Below are positions 28,283 through 32,379 of a DNA stretch of 32,379 nucleotides, piece after piece; within the stretch, counting starts at the first letter, position 1, and each line of letters begins with the position of its first letter. The notes under the pieces are model-generated. The model was not told the DNA's origin and made no database searches. It was given only the letters and a program-made list of their open reading frames with translations. Position numbers and translations under genes: made by a program. Source of the DNA: Lewinella sp. GTDB taxonomy: Bacteria > Bacteroidota > Bacteroidia > Chitinophagales > Saprospiraceae. The stretch lies in NCBI GenBank assembly GCA_049650785.1, contig JBASAV010000593.1, positions 1 to 32,379 on the forward strand, written 5' to 3'.

Positions 28283-28761
28283 TGCTGAAGTTACGACCGA
28301 TCGGTCCCGAGGATAATGAAGCCGTCGCGGCAGTGATTCGTACGGTCATGACGGAGTTCAGCTGCGTTGGGGAAGGCTATTCCATCAACGACCCCGAATT
28401 GGGGAACATGCACGCTGCTTACAGCCCTCCCGGATCAGCCTTTTACGCCCTGACGAAAGAGGGGAACATCGTCGGTGTGGGCGGTTTCGCACCGCTGGCC
28501 CACTCGGACGGCACGGTTTGCGAATTACGCAAGATGTATCTGTTGCCGACCGCCCGGGGAAGCGGCGGCGGCCGCATGCTCCTTCACCGATGTCTGGATG
28601 AGGCGCGCAAGGACGGTTACGAGCGGATGTACCTGGAAACCGTGCGGGCAATGACGACGGCTGCGACAATGTATGCGCGCTACGGGTTTACGCCGCTGGA
28701 TGGACCACTGGGTAAAACGGGACATACCGGTTGCGACCGCTATATGATCCGTCACCTGTAG
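28282..28761 (+). CDS. GNAT family N-acetyltransferase
   Basis: CELRKMYLLPTARGSGGG acetyl-CoA motif, MYLET, YARYGF; TGATG coupling to hpt. Confidence 0.92.
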   Translation: MLKLRPIGPEDNEAVAAVIRTVMTEFSCVGEGYSINDPELGNMHAAYSPPGSAFYALTKEGNIVGVGGFAPLAHSDGTVCELRKMYLLPTARGSGGGRMLLHRCLDEARKDGYERMYLETVRAMTTAATMYARYGFTPLDGPLGKTGHTGCDRYMIRHL

Positions 28762-28763
28762 CA

Positions 28764-29540
28764 TTAGTCTCCGGTCTTCTCCGTGAGGTACTTCCAGTAT
28801 CGCTTGGGCACGTGTTGCAGGTGAAGTTTCAGATTCTTCCGCTCCGGAATGTCTACCGCCTTGAAATAAGTCTGCCACAACTCCTGGTAATCCGTCTCCC
28901 GCGCATCCAGCATTTCTTCGGACAGACTGCGTAGGCGACCGTCCTGTCCGGAATCCAGTGCGATAAATTCAGCCCGCTTGGTAGCTACGTTCCAGTGCAG
29001 TCCATAGTGACGACGGGTATCGTAGATCATCCACTCCATTGCCGGGTATCTCGCCGCGAAGTGATCGCCGATCAGCGGCAGGCAGTTAAAGTCCGGATTG
29101 ACGAGGCCGACATACATACCGTCGGGTGTTTGCTGAAACCTGACGAAAGCGTGCATGCGGTGGATCTCCCGCCCCATCTGCTGCTTCAGGCGGAGGAGAC
29201 GGCGTACGTTATCGTCGCCGGCATCCTTACTGATGTCCATTCCATTCACGTCCATCTGGCGACGAACGAAGTAGAGAATCAGCCGCTCGACCTCGGGCTG
29301 CTCCGTCAGGTAAGTATGTCGTAGAAATTCGCCGATCTTCTCGTTGCCACTATGCTTTTTGAGCCCCGTTAACACCCTTTTGGCGTGCTGGGTATCAGTA
29401 GCTACGTAACTCGCTGTAGAGAACAACTGCTCCTGGTAGCGATCTTCCGGTGTGATATCGACGACGTCCGCCTTCAGCCGGTAAACTTCGAATATAGCCG
29501 AGAGCAAGCCGGCGAAGGTCCCGTCGTAAGTAAAGATCAC
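28764..29540 (-). CDS. TIGR03915/DUF4130 putative DNA repair protein
   Basis: YDGTFAGLLSAIF, REIHRMHAFVRF, PDFNCLPLI..HF..RY, LWQTYF..V.IPERKN, PKRYWKYLTE. Confidence 0.9.
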   Translation of the reverse strand: MIFTYDGTFAGLLSAIFEVYRLKADVVDITPEDRYQEQLFSTASYVATDTQHAKRVLTGLKKHSGNEKIGEFLRHTYLTEQPEVERLILYFVRRQMDVNGMDISKDAGDDNVRRLLRLKQQMGREIHRMHAFVRFQQTPDGMYVGLVNPDFNCLPLIGDHFAARYPAMEWMIYDTRRHYGLHWNVATKRAEFIALDSGQDGRLRSLSEEMLDARETDYQELWQTYFKAVDIPERKNLKLHLQHVPKRYWKYLTEKTGD

Positions 29541-30436
29541 CCCAGCAACTGTTCGAGTGCCTGGCTGAGTTCGGGATAAGCGAAGCGATAGCCCGCGCCC
29601 TCGATTTTGGCGGCGGAACAGCGGGCGCTATCCAGCACGGTATGGCTCATCTCCCCCAGCGCTACCTGCAGCGCCGGCACGGGCGCCGGCATGACGATGG
29701 CCTTCTGACCCTTCGCGGGTCCCAAGGACTGGGCGAACTGCTTGTTGCGGACGGGATTTGGTGCGCAGCCGTTGTACACACCTTCGAGTTGATGCTCCAG
29801 GGCGTACGCGTAGATACCCACGAGATCCTCAATGTGAATCCAGCTGTAGTACTGCTGCCCGCTGCCGAAGTAGGTCGATGTCCACACCTTCAGGGGAATG
29901 AGCATCTTTTCCAGGGCACCCTCATCGGGGTGGAGCACGATGCCGGTCCGGTTGATGAAGGTGGGTATACCCAGGCGCGTAATTTCCTCCACGGCTTCCT
30001 CCCACAGGATGCAGGACTTGCTCAGGAATCCGGCTCCGGGGGATGCTTCCTCGGTCAGCAGCTCTTCTCCCCGGTCGCCGTAGTAACCGATCGCGCTGGC
30101 GGATAGATACAGCTCGGGCCGGTGGTCGCCCTCCGCAAAGCAGCGAGCCAGCAAACGGGTACTATCCGTCCGGCTCTTGATGATGACCTGTTTACGCTCT
30201 TCGGACCAGCGTTGATCGGCGATGCCGGCGCCGGCGAGGTTGATGACGTAATCTACCCCGTGCAGCGCCTTCTCGTCAATGGTTTGGGCCTGCACATCCC
30301 ATTGATAGGCGGGGAAGGCGGCATTCGGGTCGGGGGTCCGGCTCAGGTGCCGCACTTCGTAACCGTCACGCTGCAGGCGTCGGGATAGATGCATGCCGAC
30401 GAATCCCGTTCCGCCACCAATCAGTACGATCTTCAT
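29537..30436 (-). CDS. TIGR01777 family NAD-dependent epimerase/oxidoreductase (YfcH-like)
   Basis: IGGGTGFVG, VINLAGAGI, SASAIGYYG, GSGQQYYSWIHIED; GTGA overlap with the next gene. Confidence 0.92.
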   Translation of the reverse strand: MKIVLIGGGTGFVGMHLSRRLQRDGYEVRHLSRTPDPNAAFPAYQWDVQAQTIDEKALHGVDYVINLAGAGIADQRWSEERKQVIIKSRTDSTRLLARCFAEGDHRPELYLSASAIGYYGDRGEELLTEEASPGAGFLSKSCILWEEAVEEITRLGIPTFINRTGIVLHPDEGALEKMLIPLKVWTSTYFGSGQQYYSWIHIEDLVGIYAYALEHQLEGVYNGCAPNPVRNKQFAQSLGPAKGQKAIVMPAPVPALQVALGEMSHTVLDSARCSAAKIEGAGYRFAYPELSQALEQLLG

Positions 30437-30439
30437 GGT

Positions 30440-30718
30440 CTATGCGTTGGCGGGTACGAATTCGTAGAAATACGGATCATCCCCGTCTTCTTCGTAGGCG
30501 AGGGCAAGTTCACGATTTTGCATTTGCGTGAAGAAAACTTCCCAGCTAACGGGGTTGACGTCAAAGCTGTCCTGATTATCGACATCGTCAAAGTGGATCC
30601 GTAGTGGCTGACTATTATATCCGTCCTTCGTCTGGTCGATCATGGCCGGCAGACCCTTGCGGGACTTAGCGAAGGCTTTGATGATATTCTGGTCGACGGT
30701 CTTTATGGTGGTGGCCAT
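30440..30718 (-). CDS. Small acidic hypothetical protein
   Basis: T.D..I..FA..R.G.PA, LRIHF, VSWEVFF pattern that I recall from small conserved bacterial proteins; first gene of the minus-strand operon. Confidence 0.7.
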   Translation of the reverse strand: MATTIKTVDQNIIKAFAKSRKGLPAMIDQTKDGYNSQPLRIHFDDVDNQDSFDVNPVSWEVFFTQMQNRELALAYEEDGDDPYFYEFVPANA

Positions 30719-30768
30719 TTTCAATGTTTTGTTGTACCACCATAAGCGTGGATTGCCCGCTGAATGTT

Positions 30769-30776
30769 TAGGTTTG
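30769..30776 (+). promoter_or_regulatory. Bacteroidota -7 promoter box TAGGTTTG
   Basis: Exact TAnnTTTG match, 4 nt before the ATG at 30781. Confidence 0.65.
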
Positions 30777-30780
30777 TAGC

Positions 30781-32271
30781 ATGGCAGAACAGCTCGGCTT
30801 CCTTACCCTCCTTCCCCCGGTTATCGCCATCATGCTGGCTATCGCGACCCGGCAAGTCTTTATCTCCCTCTTCGTCGGCATATTTCTGGGGTACGTCATC
30901 CTCTCCGGCGGCAACGTCTGGCTTGGTTTCCTGGATACGTTGCAGGGCATGGTGGATGTCTTCGCCGACGCCGGAAATACTCGCACCATCATGTTTTGCG
31001 CACTGGTGGGGGCCCTCATCGTCTTCATGCAACGGAGCGGGGGCGTCAACGGATTCATCGCCTCCATCGATCGCCGCCTTCAGAAATATGAGGAGCGCAA
31101 AGACGGATCGAGCCGTACCGTGGTCCAGCTCCTGGCTTGGATCACCGGTACCCTGGTATTCGTGGAGTCAAGCATCAGCGTCTTGACGGTCGGGACACTG
31201 TACCGCCCCATTTTTGATAAGCTGGGGCTGAGCCGGGAGAAACTCGCTTACATCGCCGATTCATCCTCCGCTCCGAGTTCCATCCTGATCCCCTTCAACG
31301 GTTGGGGGGCCTTTATCATGACCCTGCTGGCTACGGAGGGCTTTGCTAATCCCTTCGGCACGATGCTGCGGGCACTCGGCTATAATTTTTATGCCTTTGC
31401 CGCCCTGTTTTTGGTACCGATCGTGGTGCTCACCGGTGTCGAGTGGGGGCCGATGAAGAAAGCAGAGGAGCGGGCCCGCTCGGGGAAGCTCCTAAATGAC
31501 GGAGCAACCCCCGTGGTGGATGAATCACTCACCAGCGTAGAAGCCAAAGAGGGCATCACGCCGCGGGCAATTAATATGATCGTACCCATCGTGGTGATGG
31601 TCGTGTGTATGCCCTTCATGCTAGCCTATACGGGATGGGCGGAAGCCACGGAGGTATTGGGGGAAGGCGCCAGTTGGGGGGAAACACTTTTTCAGGCGAT
31701 CGGAAGCGGTAGCGGTTCGACCGCCGTACTGACCGCGGTAACGATCTCCATTTTGGTATCTATTGGTATCTATAAGGCGCAGGGCATCTTCGGCATCCGC
31801 GAGAGCGTAGACCTGGTACTAAAGGGAATTGCCGGACTCATTCCCCTGGCCCTGTTGATGCTCCTCGCCTTCGCCATCGGTGCGCTGTGCCGGAAGCTGG
31901 AAACCGGCATCTACGTGTCCGAGCTGGCCCGGCAGTGGCTGTCTCCGGGACTCGTGCCGTTCCTAGTCTTCCTGGTGACTTGCTTCATCGCCTTCAGCAC
32001 GGGTACGAGTTGGGGCACCTTCGCTATTATGATCCCGATTGCCGTGCCCATGGCCCAGGAAATGGACGCTAACGTATTGATGGCGATTGCGGCCGTACTC
32101 GGTGGAGGCGTCTTTGGCGACCACTGCTCGCCGATTTCTGACACCACGATCCTCTCCAGTCTGGCCAGCGCCACGGACCACATCGACCACGTCAAGACCC
32201 AGTTTCCCTACGCCGGACTGGCGGGGGCGATAGCGGCTAGTCTTTACCTGGTGCTGGGCTTGCTTTACTGA
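30781..32271 (+). CDS. Na+/H+ antiporter NhaC family transporter
   Basis: LLPPVIAI, SREKLAYIADSSSAP, FSTGTSWGTFAIM, GDHCSPISDTT. Confidence 0.93.
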   Translation: MAEQLGFLTLLPPVIAIMLAIATRQVFISLFVGIFLGYVILSGGNVWLGFLDTLQGMVDVFADAGNTRTIMFCALVGALIVFMQRSGGVNGFIASIDRRLQKYEERKDGSSRTVVQLLAWITGTLVFVESSISVLTVGTLYRPIFDKLGLSREKLAYIADSSSAPSSILIPFNGWGAFIMTLLATEGFANPFGTMLRALGYNFYAFAALFLVPIVVLTGVEWGPMKKAEERARSGKLLNDGATPVVDESLTSVEAKEGITPRAINMIVPIVVMVVCMPFMLAYTGWAEATEVLGEGASWGETLFQAIGSGSGSTAVLTAVTISILVSIGIYKAQGIFGIRESVDLVLKGIAGLIPLALLMLLAFAIGALCRKLETGIYVSELARQWLSPGLVPFLVFLVTCFIAFSTGTSWGTFAIMIPIAVPMAQEMDANVLMAIAAVLGGGVFGDHCSPISDTTILSSLASATDHIDHVKTQFPYAGLAGAIAASLYLVLGLLY

Positions 32272-32321
32272 TCGAAAGCTAAACCATCAGCGAGCCCAGA
32301 TGCAGGTTTTAAATTTCTTAT

Positions 32322-32379
32322 GTAAACTGTATGTTAATTTTCGGAGGGTCGCCGGGTAGATAAGTGGTCGGACGATTAG
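32322..32379 (+). repeat. Dispersed intergenic palindromic element, copy 3 (cut by window end)
   Basis: GTAAACTGTATGTTAATTTTCGG..GTCGCCGG..TAAGTGGTCGGACGATTAG matches the first half of copies 1 and 2. Confidence 0.85.

Overview
A GC-rich, gene-dense chromosomal region of about 28 genes from a Bacteroidota bacterium. Two T9SS cargo proteins and TAnnTTTG-type promoters support the phylum; Saprospirales/Lewinella-like is my inference only. Most genes are housekeeping: metH, a cystathionine gamma-synthase/lyase, pncB-nrtR with a clear 21-bp NrtR-type operator, hpt, namZ, a DEDDh/GIY-YIG nuclease, NSS and NhaC transporters and a PQQ/cytochrome c dehydrogenase. No transposase, integrase, tRNA, rRNA or CRISPR array was seen. 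The most interesting signals are: (1) a SAM methyltransferase with eukaryotic PRMT hallmarks (DxxRT helix, double-E loop); (2) a ~105-bp intergenic element in three copies, with a perfect 30-bp palindrome showing a compensatory change, one copy directly upstream of the PRMT-like gene; (3) a candidate ~98-nt sRNA with its own promoter and terminator; (4) a voltage-gated channel with a CavMr-like TLEGWxD filter; (5) an ACC-synthase-family PLP enzyme; (6) a Cys-rich T9SS protein with an irregular start; (7) several apparently leaderless genes. All calls come from reading motifs by eye; no database searches were run.
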